A DNA stretch of 64,000 nucleotides from a phage. The stretch is from sequence record PZ386971.1; one strand, 5' to 3'. Made by a program: the position numbers and the translations under genes. Positions 1 to 9,214 of this stretch are shown here, one piece after another (the stretch's first letter is position 1; each line of letters opens with the position of its first letter). The notes beneath the pieces were generated by a model. The model was not told the origin of the DNA. It was given only the letters and a program-made list of their open reading frames with translations, and searched no databases.

Positions 1-2211
1 ATGGCGTATCAGAAGCGTGATGTAGAATACGCCCCACTCAAGACGGGGTTTAAGACAGAAGACGTCAGACTGCGTATGGACCAAACGTTCATGCGCAAGC
101 CGTCTGTGCGCGCTCCTCGTGTGGAGTTGATGCTAACAGATGAGCAGGAATCGGAGTTCGTCGAGTGCGCGATGGACGCCCATTACTTCGCCGCCAACTA
201 CTACAAGATCACGACCATCGATAAAGGCTTCATCCTCTTTGACATGCACGATTACCAGAAGCAGTTGTTCCATGACTTCCAGGACTATCGATTCAATGCG
301 GTCGTCCAGGCTCGTCAGTCTGGGAAATGTGTAAAAGGTGACACGCTTGTCACAGTTTACGATACTCTCAGCCAAGAGCAGTTGCTCCTGACCATAGGGG
401 AGCTTCACAGCCGCTTCGAGGACGTCAACCACGCTGTGCCGCTGAATACCATTGGCAACCATGACAAGTTCGTGGACAGCCGCTTCGGCAAACGTTACTT
501 TGTGCAATCCGATAGTGGTTGGGTTCCGGTTATCGCAGCGCATAAGACGAAGAAATATGCGGAATTCGTTATTGTGACTGTTACTGGGCGGCGAATTAAC
601 GTGGCCGACGAACATATATTCTTCACTCCGGAAATGAAGGAGATATTTGCCAAAGACCTGAATTCTGGGTCATACATCATGACGTCAGAAGGTCCAGAAG
701 AAATCCGTGAGATTTGGCAGACTGGTGAGACGCATCACATGTATGACCTACAGGTGAAATCTAGTGATCAGCGCTACTACACCAACGGCTTCCTCAGCCA
801 CAACACGACAGTCGTGGCAGCGTTCCTGCTCTGGTATGCGATGTTCCACTCCGACAAAGAGATCGCAGTACTGGCGAACAAAGAGAAGCAGGCGATTGAA
901 ATCCTAGATCGTATTCGCAAAGCATATCAAGATTTGCCATTCTTCCTCCAACAGGGTTGTGAGAAGTTCGGTTCCACGCTGATCGAGTTCGAAAACGGAT
1001 CAAAGATCTACGCCTATGCGACATCTTCCGACTCCATCCGTGGTCGATCCGTATCGCTCCTGTATGTGGACGAAGTGGCGTTCATTGAAAACGACTTTGA
1101 ATTCTGGGAGTCTACATTCCCGGCGATTGCATCTGCAGAGACTTCACGTTGTATTCTGACCAGTACGCCGAAAGGTCAGCGCGGGTTGTTCTACGACATC
1201 GTCACCAAGGCGAACCCAGAACACCCACAATACAACGACTTCAAACTCACCGAGGTCCCATGGTATCGTGTTCCAACGTACACCAAAGATCCAGACTGGG
1301 AATCCAAACAAAGGGCGAAGCTGGGTGATGCACGTTTCGATCAAGAATTTGGCATTAAGTTCCGTGGTTCTGTGGGATCACTGATACCTGCCAAGTGTCT
1401 GGACAAGATGACCTCGAAGCTGTATCAGGAGCCGAACGAGTTCACCAAGATTTATCACGACTACGATCCTAAGCGCATCTATATGGGTATCGCAGATACA
1501 GGCAAGGGTGTCGAAGGGGATTATTCTGTGCTGACCATTATCGACATCACAGACTATCCTCACAAGATCGCAGCCAAGTATCGAAATAACACGATACCTC
1601 CAATGATGTACGCGTACACAATCGCCGATATGGGCGAGAAGTATGGAACGTGCCCGATGCTAGTCGAGACTAACAACGACGTGGGTGGTCAGGTGATCAC
1701 AATTCTATACCAGGAAATTGAATATCCCGAGATCATCTTCACTACAACAGATACCAAGGGCACAGGCAAGAGAATCGGTGGTCGCCGCCCTGAGCCTGGT
1801 ATCAATACCAACAAGAAGGTGCGCACAAACGGCTGTGCCAACCTGAAAGCCCTGATTGAACGTGAAATGCTGGTGATAGATGACCAGGACACGATAGATG
1901 AACTCAGTACATTCGTATGGACTGGAACAAGGTATGAAGCCGATGATGGTTGTCATGATGACTGTGTAATGCCCCTCGTGTTGTATGCATGGGCGGTGAA
2001 ACAAGAATGGTTTAGTGACCTCACCAACTCCAGTATCTCAGTCGACATGAGAGGACGGTTGTCTGCGATGGAAGAATCACAGATGCTACCATTTGGAGGT
2101 ATGATGTCGACGCCAGATCCTCACTCTGTGGAGAACATCCCAGGGTTCGGTGGAATTCAGGTTTATGACGACCGCTCTGGTATGTCTATGGAAGAATGGC
2201 TGAGACGGTGA
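1..2211 (+). CDS. 17: Terminase large subunit (T4 gp17-like), intein-containing
   Basis: 736-aa ORF; Walker A reads VVQARQSGK then TTVVAAF once residues 110-268 are removed, matching T4 gp17 LSRQLGKTTVVAIF; sits directly upstream of the sheath gene as in T4. Confidence 0.9.
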   Translation: MAYQKRDVEYAPLKTGFKTEDVRLRMDQTFMRKPSVRAPRVELMLTDEQESEFVECAMDAHYFAANYYKITTIDKGFILFDMHDYQKQLFHDFQDYRFNAVVQARQSGKCVKGDTLVTVYDTLSQEQLLLTIGELHSRFEDVNHAVPLNTIGNHDKFVDSRFGKRYFVQSDSGWVPVIAAHKTKKYAEFVIVTVTGRRINVADEHIFFTPEMKEIFAKDLNSGSYIMTSEGPEEIREIWQTGETHHMYDLQVKSSDQRYYTNGFLSHNTTVVAAFLLWYAMFHSDKEIAVLANKEKQAIEILDRIRKAYQDLPFFLQQGCEKFGSTLIEFENGSKIYAYATSSDSIRGRSVSLLYVDEVAFIENDFEFWESTFPAIASAETSRCILTSTPKGQRGLFYDIVTKANPEHPQYNDFKLTEVPWYRVPTYTKDPDWESKQRAKLGDARFDQEFGIKFRGSVGSLIPAKCLDKMTSKLYQEPNEFTKIYHDYDPKRIYMGIADTGKGVEGDYSVLTIIDITDYPHKIAAKYRNNTIPPMMYAYTIADMGEKYGTCPMLVETNNDVGGQVITILYQEIEYPEIIFTTTDTKGTGKRIGGRRPEPGINTNKKVRTNGCANLKALIEREMLVIDDQDTIDELSTFVWTGTRYEADDGCHDDCVMPLVLYAWAVKQEWFSDLTNSSISVDMRGRLSAMEESQMLPFGGMMSTPDPHSVENIPGFGGIQVYDDRSGMSMEEWLRR
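328..804 (+). mobile_element. Mini-intein (159 aa) inserted in the terminase P-loop
   Basis: Starts with Cys right after SGK (CVKGDTLV, block A-like); internal TGRRINVADEHIFFT (block B-like TxxH); ends YYTNGFLSHN followed by Thr (+1 nucleophile); too short for a homing-endonuclease domain. Confidence 0.75.
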
Positions 2212-2263
2212 TCACTAAATATCTTTCAAATTGAGCGAAACTCTACAGAGAAGGAATAAGATT

Positions 2264-4159
2264 ATGGCAACTCAAAGCTTCAGCGTTGCGCCGTCCGTAC
2301 AGTGGACTGAGCGTGATGCCACGCTTCAGACGTCCCCATCCGTTGTTGTTCAGGGTGCGGCTGTCGGCAAATTCCAATGGGGTGAGGCAGAACTCCCTGT
2401 GTTGGTCACTGGTGGTGAAACTGGTCTGGTGAAGAAATTCTTCAAGCCAAACGATGCAACTGCCACCGACTTCTTAGTGATTGCTGACTTCCTGTCTTAC
2501 AGCTCTGTTGCATGGGTGACCCGTGTGGTCGGTCCGGCGGCACGCAACGCTGTAACCAAAGGTCAGACTGCAATCCTTATCCGCAACAAATTAGACTTCG
2601 AAACTGCGTCCCCATCTGCGTCTATTACCTGGACAGGCCGCTATGCTGGCTCTCTGGGTAACGACATTGCTGTGAACATCTGTGACGCTGCGCTGTTCCC
2701 GACCTGGGAATTCCGTAACAACTTCGCATATGCTCCGCAGGATGGCGAGTACCATATCGCCATCGTTGACAAAGTAGGTCGCATCACCGACTCTTCTGGC
2801 GCTGTTAGTCAGGTTGATCGTATCTCTGTATCCGGTACTGCCACCGCTGCTGGTTCCATCTCTGTTGCTGGTGAAGCCGTGGCGTACACTGACGCTGACA
2901 CCCCGGCGACTCTGGCGACAAAGATCGGAACTGCGCTGACGTCTCTGTCTGAAGTATATTCTTCTGTTGTCGTGAAGTCCAACACCGTCACCGTCACTCA
3001 CAAAGCAATCGGTCCTCAGGCTGCGACTGCGATTGTTCCAGACGCGAATGGCCTGACTGCTACCGCTGCCGTCACCACTGTTGGTGCTTCCGGTACGATC
3101 ATCGAGAAGTATGAACTGGTTCAGACCGCTCAGGGTTCTAAGAAATCTGATGGATCCAATGCATACTTCAAAGACGTGATCAACGGCACCTCAAATTGGG
3201 TGTACACCTTCGCCACTACCCTGGCTGCTGGTGTCATTGAACTCGAAGGTGGTGTAGACGATTACACTGGGAACCGTGTTGCGGCTATCCAGGCACTGAA
3301 CAACGCCGAAGCGTATGATGCCAAGCCAGTGTTCGGTTTCTGTGAAGAACTGATTGAGCAGCAGGCACTGATCGACCTGTCCACCGAGCGTAAAGACACA
3401 GTGTCCTTCGTGTCTCCTCTTCGCGATACGGTCGTCGGAAACCGTGGCCGTGAGATGGATGATGTTGTGGCCTGGCGTGAAAGTCTTGTTCGCGACTCCT
3501 CCTACTTCTTCATGGATGACAACTGGGCGTATGTGTACGACAAGTACAACGACAAAATGCGTTGGATTCCGGCTTGTGGCGGCACCGCAGGTGTTTGGGC
3601 GCGCAGCATTGAAATCGCGGGTATCTACAAATCTCCGGCGTTCCACAACCGTGGTAAATACAACAACTATAATCGAATGGCATGGTCTGCGTCTTCTGAT
3701 GAGCGTGCTGTGCTGTATCGCAACCAGATCAACAGCATTGTCACCTTCTCCAACGAAGGCATCGTGTTGTACGGCGACAAGACTGGCCTGACCCGCCCAT
3801 CTGCGTTCGACCGCATCAACGTTCGTGGTCTGTTCATTATGGCAGAGCAGAACATCGCAGCCATCGCCAAATACTACCTTGGTGAGAACAACGATGCATT
3901 CACTCGTGGGTTGTTCAGCAACGCTGTCCGCCCATATATCCGCCAGTTGGCCAACATGGGCGCGATCTATGACGGGATGGTGAAGTGTGATGAGGACAAC
4001 AACACTGCGGAAGTTATCGCTGCCAACCAGATGGTTGCTGGTATCTGGCTGAAGCCCGAGTACAGCATAAATTGGGTGTATCTCGACTTCGCCGCCGTTC
4101 GCCCGGACATGGAATTCAGTGAGATCGAATCCGGTGGTGGTATCGTAGCCGCTTCTTAA
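2264..4159 (+). CDS. 18: Tail sheath protein (T4 gp18-like)
   Basis: 631 aa from ATG 2264 with AAGGAAT SD; N-terminal AAVGKFQWGEAELPV matches T4 gp18 ALAGKFQWGPAFQI; position after terminase; track ORF begins at an upstream in-frame TTG. Confidence 0.85.
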   Translation: MATQSFSVAPSVQWTERDATLQTSPSVVVQGAAVGKFQWGEAELPVLVTGGETGLVKKFFKPNDATATDFLVIADFLSYSSVAWVTRVVGPAARNAVTKGQTAILIRNKLDFETASPSASITWTGRYAGSLGNDIAVNICDAALFPTWEFRNNFAYAPQDGEYHIAIVDKVGRITDSSGAVSQVDRISVSGTATAAGSISVAGEAVAYTDADTPATLATKIGTALTSLSEVYSSVVVKSNTVTVTHKAIGPQAATAIVPDANGLTATAAVTTVGASGTIIEKYELVQTAQGSKKSDGSNAYFKDVINGTSNWVYTFATTLAAGVIELEGGVDDYTGNRVAAIQALNNAEAYDAKPVFGFCEELIEQQALIDLSTERKDTVSFVSPLRDTVVGNRGREMDDVVAWRESLVRDSSYFFMDDNWAYVYDKYNDKMRWIPACGGTAGVWARSIEIAGIYKSPAFHNRGKYNNYNRMAWSASSDERAVLYRNQINSIVTFSNEGIVLYGDKTGLTRPSAFDRINVRGLFIMAEQNIAAIAKYYLGENNDAFTRGLFSNAVRPYIRQLANMGAIYDGMVKCDEDNNTAEVIAANQMVAGIWLKPEYSINWVYLDFAAVRPDMEFSEIESGGGIVAAS

Positions 4160-4201
4160 TTTACTCCATGCCCTCTTCGGAGGGTACATTGAGGTATTGT
4201 T

Positions 4202-4504
4202 ATGAAAAGTTTTTCTCAATTTTTAGCAGAAGCAGGCCTAAAAGGTGACCTTCAGAAAGTTAAAGACTCCGTGATTGAATGGTTGGAAGACCAAGATGTA
4301 AGGCTCAAAAAGGGTGATATCGAAAATGGAGTATTTGGAGATTTCTTCCGCATAACCATTGATGATTTTGAATATACATATAATGGCAAAGAGATCAAAG
4401 TATTCGACCTGAAGAAAGATAAACAGGTTGTTAGCAAAGCTGCTGGAACTCGAGAAGCCCCAGGTGAACTCGGTAAATTGTTTAAGAAATACAGCAAAGT
4501 GTGA
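4202..4504 (+). CDS. Hypothetical small protein (100 aa)
   Basis: ORF with GAGGT SD, followed by a terminator hairpin; lies in the sheath-tube insertion. Confidence 0.5.
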   Translation: MKSFSQFLAEAGLKGDLQKVKDSVIEWLEDQDVRLKKGDIENGVFGDFFRITIDDFEYTYNGKEIKVFDLKKDKQVVSKAAGTREAPGELGKLFKKYSKV

Positions 4505-4508
4505 CAAG

Positions 4509-4530
4509 ACCCCGCTTCGGCGGGGTTTTA
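4509..4530 (+). terminator. Rho-independent terminator (ccccgcTTCGgcgggg + T-run)
   Basis: Perfect 6-bp GC stem with TTCG loop then TTTT; same hairpin sequence recurs at 12721. Confidence 0.6.
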
Positions 4531-4559
4531 AATTTTTCTAGATTATTTTATTGAATTAC

Positions 4560-4587
4560 TTTACTTCTTCAATAACTCACGTATAAT
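4560..4587 (+). promoter_or_regulatory. Early sigma70-type promoter (-35 TTTACT, 16 bp, -10 TATAAT), cassette A copy 1
   Basis: TTTACTtcttcaataactcacgTATAAT then conserved leader cataagcag..caacttgaaa and AGGAACTATATCATG. Confidence 0.55.
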
Positions 4588-4635
4588 TCTAAACATAAGC
4601 AGTACGACACCAACTTGAAACGAAGGAACTATATC

Positions 4636-4992
4636 ATGACCAAGACCGAAATTAACGCTATCCTGAAAGAAATCGGCCTCTGCAACCTGAAACGCCGCGT
4701 CAATCCTTACCAGCCCGCAAAGCCAGTACGCGACAGCCAGGGAAAGATGATAAAAGGGATCTACTGTGCAGATGTTGGCCCAATGACTGTGACCAGTCCA
4801 CACATTGACAGATTTAACGCTATTGTTGAGGAGTTTTGTGGTAAGGTTCTGGGTGAACTAGCTAATGATTTATGCTCCCCAGATACCAAAGTTGTAGCTT
4901 TCGGGAGCCACCTCGTCACATTCCACCTCACCAGCTTCCGTGCCCACGGTGATTATCATGTGTATTATGCTCAGGTTAGCATTCGCAAATAG
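4636..4992 (+). CDS. Hypothetical protein (118 aa)
   Basis: ATG at 4636 preceded by AGGAACTATATC; the track's MKRRNYIM N-terminus is an artefact of an in-frame TTG in the leader. Confidence 0.5.
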   Translation: MTKTEINAILKEIGLCNLKRRVNPYQPAKPVRDSQGKMIKGIYCADVGPMTVTSPHIDRFNAIVEEFCGKVLGELANDLCSPDTKVVAFGSHLVTFHLTSFRAHGDYHVYYAQVSIRK

Positions 4993-4998
4993 CAGTTT

Positions 4999-5022
4999 AC
5001 CCCGCTGAGGCGGGGTTTAGTT
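4999..5022. terminator. Bidirectional terminator hairpin between convergent genes
   Basis: accccgcTGAGgcggggt flanked by T/A runs, between the + ORF ending 4992 and the - gene ending 5017. Confidence 0.5.
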
Positions 5023-6801
5023 TTCCAGTTCATACCGGATAAGACCACACCCCCAGATACGCCCCAACCCGGCTTCCACCGACAGCATATCCTCTGTTTT
5101 GCCTTCTATATCGTATCCAAGTTTAAGGAATTTCTCTTTCCTGAAATTGAATTTGTGTATACGTAAGCTATAGTCTGGTGTCACATATTTGTAATCAGGG
5201 GGAAGGATTTCCTTTTCAACAAATCCGTTATTCAGGTAAACATTTTTCAGACGACTGACAACACAACGATCACCAAAAGAATATACTGTCTCACCCCGAT
5301 GTCGAGCGATATAATATTTCAGCAAGCGTGAGAATGCGCCATGGCAATTGTTAGAAGCAAATCTCACCAATTCAATACCATGCACTCGTTTGGTAAACAA
5401 CATCACCGCCTGGATATTCCCAGTTTTGTCTACAAGGTGTATATAATCTGTCGCCACCACACCACCTTGTATATGGAATCGGTCGAGAAAGTCCTTGGAC
5501 GTCCTATAGGAGCCTTCCAAAATGGTATGTTGGCGAGCGTATGACAATGGTTTCCCTATCCCCAATTTTGCTTTTAGGAGTGATTTAACCACTTCCTGTT
5601 TGTCACGCCACTCATCTTCCCAGATATGGATTAATTGAATACCCTGGGATTCACAGTGCATAGTCTTTTCAAGATGGTAGTCTTTGTATCGATGTTTCTC
5701 CGAATGCCAATACAACCCATTAAATTCTATTGCCAACTTATGTTCTGGGCAGTATATGTCTATCTGGCGTGTGGTCGCCCTCCCGTCGAACATTTTACCT
5801 CTGAGGACGGAGAAATTACCAGATTCATAAACGACACCCAATGAATCCAGGTATGAACATATTTCTATTTCTGGCTGTGTTTGGCTTTGGCTGCTGGGGT
5901 ATGTGAAAGAGTTCCTATATTCTTCAGAAGAGAAATAGTGAGGTACGCCGTATTTTTCTTTTGAAATGATCCTGGTATTGGCCTGGCTTCTATCCCATAT
6001 AGCCTTTACCTTCAACGGATAATCAACCCCATATTTTAAGACGCATGTTTTCTTTCTCTTTTCTATAATGGAATTGAGGAACATTGGATGATCCACACCA
6101 TAGATCTTCCTCCAAGTCTCAATCACCCTTTCCCTCACTTCTGGCATTTTCATGACGTGTGATACGCCATAGCGTTCCATGACAGAAGCAGCCACTCTGT
6201 CCTTTATAACATCAGACTTCATAGGGTGGTCGACCCCATATTTCTTAAGGGCAGTTTCCCGTGACTTTTGTTTTACTTCTTCCAGTTGGAATATGTTGGC
6301 TACGCCATATTTCTCTGTTATGGCGTTTTCTAGGTTGGCCCGTTCTGAGCCTCCCACCTTCATTGATTCTCGTTGGCATTCTTCGGAACAAAACTTTTTG
6401 TATCTGGGCGGTTGGGCTTCCATTTCTAAGCCGACGTCAGCACCGCAAGTGGCACACTGCGACTTCGGAATATCGTACAGCCAAGCAGTTATCGCTTGTG
6501 GTTCTTCTAATAGGTCGTTGTGTGACACCACGTATCCAACAACATCAACCCCAGTATGGGCCGTGAGTAGGGGATGAGAGATAAGTTTGTAGTTCAACGA
6601 ACCATCTTTCTTCCTGAGTTTACTATCAACCCAAGAGCGGCATTCGGTTTCGGTCGTCGGGATGTCATCCAACAAACCCGGATTGCGTTTCATCGTTCCC
6701 AGCATGAATGATTTGCATTCGTCACTACAATACAACGCAGCCTTCCTGGTTGGGGTGAACGGTTTGTGGCAGCATAAACAATTTTTATCGGGGAATGGCA
6801 T
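5017..6801 (-). CDS. Homing-endonuclease-like protein: N-terminal Cys cluster, six tandem KYGV..HP repeats, Vsr/DUF559-like PD-(D/E)XK nuclease domain
   Basis: 594 aa from ATG 6801 (GAGGAT SD); N-terminal CLCCH..C..C; repeats KYGVANI / KYGVDHPM / RYGVSHVM / IYGVDHPM / KYGVDYPL / KYGVPHYF; IDIYCPEHKLAIEFNGLYWHSE...IHIWEDEW resembles the Vsr/DUF559 fold; antisense insertion between conserved sheath and tube genes. Confidence 0.55.
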   Translation of the reverse strand: MPFPDKNCLCCHKPFTPTRKAALYCSDECKSFMLGTMKRNPGLLDDIPTTETECRSWVDSKLRKKDGSLNYKLISHPLLTAHTGVDVVGYVVSHNDLLEEPQAITAWLYDIPKSQCATCGADVGLEMEAQPPRYKKFCSEECQRESMKVGGSERANLENAITEKYGVANIFQLEEVKQKSRETALKKYGVDHPMKSDVIKDRVAASVMERYGVSHVMKMPEVRERVIETWRKIYGVDHPMFLNSIIEKRKKTCVLKYGVDYPLKVKAIWDRSQANTRIISKEKYGVPHYFSSEEYRNSFTYPSSQSQTQPEIEICSYLDSLGVVYESGNFSVLRGKMFDGRATTRQIDIYCPEHKLAIEFNGLYWHSEKHRYKDYHLEKTMHCESQGIQLIHIWEDEWRDKQEVVKSLLKAKLGIGKPLSYARQHTILEGSYRTSKDFLDRFHIQGGVVATDYIHLVDKTGNIQAVMLFTKRVHGIELVRFASNNCHGAFSRLLKYYIARHRGETVYSFGDRCVVSRLKNVYLNNGFVEKEILPPDYKYVTPDYSLRIHKFNFRKEKFLKLGYDIEGKTEDMLSVEAGLGRIWGCGLIRYELEN

Positions 6802-6882
6802 AATAAATATCCTCACTTTGGAGTATTTTAACCCCCATTTATTTCAAAACTAAATATTTACACTATTCAGAGGAGAACGACC

Positions 6883-7416
6883 ATGGCTACAGTTAATGAA
6901 TTCAGAGCAGCTATGTCACGCGGGGGTGGCGTTCAGCGCCAACACCGCTGGCGTGTGACTGTTAACTTCCCTTCCTTCGTGGCTGGAAGCGATACCATCC
7001 GTGATGTTTCGCTGTTGGCGGTGACCACAAATACCCCAACAGGCCAGCTCGGGGAGATACTCGTCCCATGGGGTGGTCGTGAACTTCCATTCCCAGGTGA
7101 CCGTCGTTTTGAGGCTCTGCCTGTAACGTTTATCAACGTTGTGGACAACGCCCCGTACAACGCATTCGAAGTCTGGCAGCAGTACATCAACGGCAGCAAC
7201 AACAACCGTGCGTCTGCTAACCCAGATGATTATTTCCGTGATGTAATCATGGAACTGCTGGATGCGAATGACAATGTCACCAAGACCTGGACCCTTCAGG
7301 GCGCCTGGCCTCAGAACCTCGGTCAGCTGGAACTGGACATGTCTGCAATGGACTCTTATACTCAGTTCACTGTTGACCTGCGTTACTTCCAGGCCATTTC
7401 AGACAAGTCTCTCTAA
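6883..7416 (+). CDS. 19: Tail tube protein (T4 gp19-like)
   Basis: 177 aa; C-terminal TWTLQGAWPQNLGQLELDMSAMDSYTQFTVDLRYFQ parallels T4 gp19 KGLWPTNVGELQLDWDSNNEIQTFEVTLALDYWE. Confidence 0.85.
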   Translation: MATVNEFRAAMSRGGGVQRQHRWRVTVNFPSFVAGSDTIRDVSLLAVTTNTPTGQLGEILVPWGGRELPFPGDRRFEALPVTFINVVDNAPYNAFEVWQQYINGSNNNRASANPDDYFRDVIMELLDANDNVTKTWTLQGAWPQNLGQLELDMSAMDSYTQFTVDLRYFQAISDKSL

Positions 7417-7482
7417 TGTCCTCAGTGCTGGGGGATCTATATTCCCCCTCACTAATTACAAGAAAATGTTGAGGACTTAATC

Positions 7483-9177
7483 ATGGCATTCGGTAATGGT
7501 GCATTCGGAAATGGGTTCTTCGGCTTGTTCGGCAGAGGCGGCAAAGTAGAAGCGCCGATTGATACCGACAAGATGGTCACGAACCAAGAAGAGAAGTTGC
7601 TTTCAAAAGCGACTGTTGTTGCGCTGGACGATTCTCAGGATGGTTCGATCATCCTCCAGGGCGGCGCGAACACATTCAATTTCGTTGGTGTTGAGAATGA
7701 GTTGCTCAACGTCAAACAGCTGGTCGAAGAGTACCAGTCTATGGCTCAGCAGCCTGAGATTCGTAAGGCTGTGGATATCATTGTCAACGACATCGTCACC
7801 TGTGAAGAGGACGAGACTCCTGTAACCATCAACCTGGAAAAGGTAGATGGCATCACAAACGAAGTCAAAGAGAAGATCACTGAAGCATTCAAAGAGATCA
7901 TGCATCTCCTTGACTTTGACAACACGGCGTATCAGAAGATCCGCAAATGGTATATTGAAGGCCGTCAGGCATTCCACGTTGTAGTGGACCCGAAGAACAA
8001 GAAAGCGGGTATCGCCAAACTCATCATGATGGACTCACGCTGTATCCGCCCAGTGTACATCGTTCAAAAGGCGATGCGCGACGGTATCGAAGTCATCAAT
8101 GACGTAAAACTTCAATACTACTACAACCCGAACTACAACCGCAACCAATTCACTGGCCAGTCCGGTACGTCTCAGAACTTCCAACCGTCACAGCAAGAGC
8201 TGGTGTTCGACGATGAGAGCATCGTGTATCTGGACAGTGGTGAAGAGCCTCTGGCGAATGGGGTTGTACCAAGCCTGCTGAACCCAGCTATCCGTCCCCT
8301 GAACAACCTTGTTACAACTGAAGATGCAACTGTGATCTATGCGATCACACGTGCTCCTGAGAAGCGAGCGTTCTATCTCGACGTGGGTACGCTGGGTAAG
8401 AAGTCGGCCGAAGAATACATGCAAGCCATGATGGGCAAATTCAAGAACCGTCTGGCGTATGATCGCACCACTGGTAAGGTGGCTGGTAACACTCATTTGA
8501 TGGGTATCGCTGAGGACTACTGGCTGCCACGTCGTGAAGGACAGAACGCAACCGAGATCTCCAACGTAGGCGGTGGCGATCAACTGGGTCAAATGGATCA
8601 TGTGGTATACTTCCGCGAGAAGCTCTACGAGGCTCTGATGATCCCTAAGAGCCGCCTGCAAGAGGAAGGTTCCATCAACATCGGTGGTTCCAATCTTGCT
8701 GAAATCACACAGGAAGAATTGCGCTTCAACAAGTTCTGTGCGAGCCTGCGCCGTCGTTATTCTTCTGGTATCTTCCTGGAACTTCTGCGCCGTCAGCTGA
8801 TATTGAAAGGCATTACAGATCAGGCTGACTGGAATGAGAAGATCAAGCCGTTCGTCAAGTTCGAATTCACTTCTGACAGCTTCATCCGTGAACAACAAGA
8901 GAACGAAATCTTGTCACAGCGTATGGCGGCTCTCGGTCAGATCGAACCATATATCGGCACTCTCTTCTCTATCGATTTTGCTCAACGCAATTTGCTGCGT
9001 ATGTCCGATGAAGACATCAAAGACCAGCAAGAGAAGATCGCGAAAGAGAAGAAAGAAGGCAAATACCCTGAAGTGCAGGCAGATGAGTCCGGCGGCTTCG
9101 GCAGCGGGGAAGTCAGTCCACTGAAATTCAGACCTAACGTCATCCCAGCGACTAACCCTCCTGGTGGTGAAGAATAA
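7483..9177 (+). CDS. 20: Portal protein (T4 gp20-like)
   Basis: 564 aa; located between tube and prohead protease as in T4; size close to gp20. Confidence 0.8.
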   Translation: MAFGNGAFGNGFFGLFGRGGKVEAPIDTDKMVTNQEEKLLSKATVVALDDSQDGSIILQGGANTFNFVGVENELLNVKQLVEEYQSMAQQPEIRKAVDIIVNDIVTCEEDETPVTINLEKVDGITNEVKEKITEAFKEIMHLLDFDNTAYQKIRKWYIEGRQAFHVVVDPKNKKAGIAKLIMMDSRCIRPVYIVQKAMRDGIEVINDVKLQYYYNPNYNRNQFTGQSGTSQNFQPSQQELVFDDESIVYLDSGEEPLANGVVPSLLNPAIRPLNNLVTTEDATVIYAITRAPEKRAFYLDVGTLGKKSAEEYMQAMMGKFKNRLAYDRTTGKVAGNTHLMGIAEDYWLPRREGQNATEISNVGGGDQLGQMDHVVYFREKLYEALMIPKSRLQEEGSINIGGSNLAEITQEELRFNKFCASLRRRYSSGIFLELLRRQLILKGITDQADWNEKIKPFVKFEFTSDSFIREQQENEILSQRMAALGQIEPYIGTLFSIDFAQRNLLRMSDEDIKDQQEKIAKEKKEGKYPEVQADESGGFGSGEVSPLKFRPNVIPATNPPGGEE

Positions 9178-9214
9178 TTCGACTAAGTATAGAAAACATT
9201 TAGAGGATATGAAC

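Noticed and set aside
3191-4219. Long minus-strand ORFs fully embedded antisense in well-supported + strand genes (for example 3191-4219, 8188-8898, 10326-11099, 28827-29606, 44202-45152)
   Set aside because: They overlap genes with clear homology (sheath, portal, scaffold, gp46 and others); their translations are Arg/Cys/Trp/His-rich and low-complexity, typical of antisense frames.
4615-4635. N-terminal extensions reading M(K/N)(R/S/C)RNYIM in many track ORFs (4615, 13277, 33299, 48356, 48717, 55582, 62182)
   Set aside because: They arise from in-frame TTG/GTG codons inside the conserved leader AGGAACTATATCATG; the real start is the ATG that the Shine-Dalgarno sequence serves.
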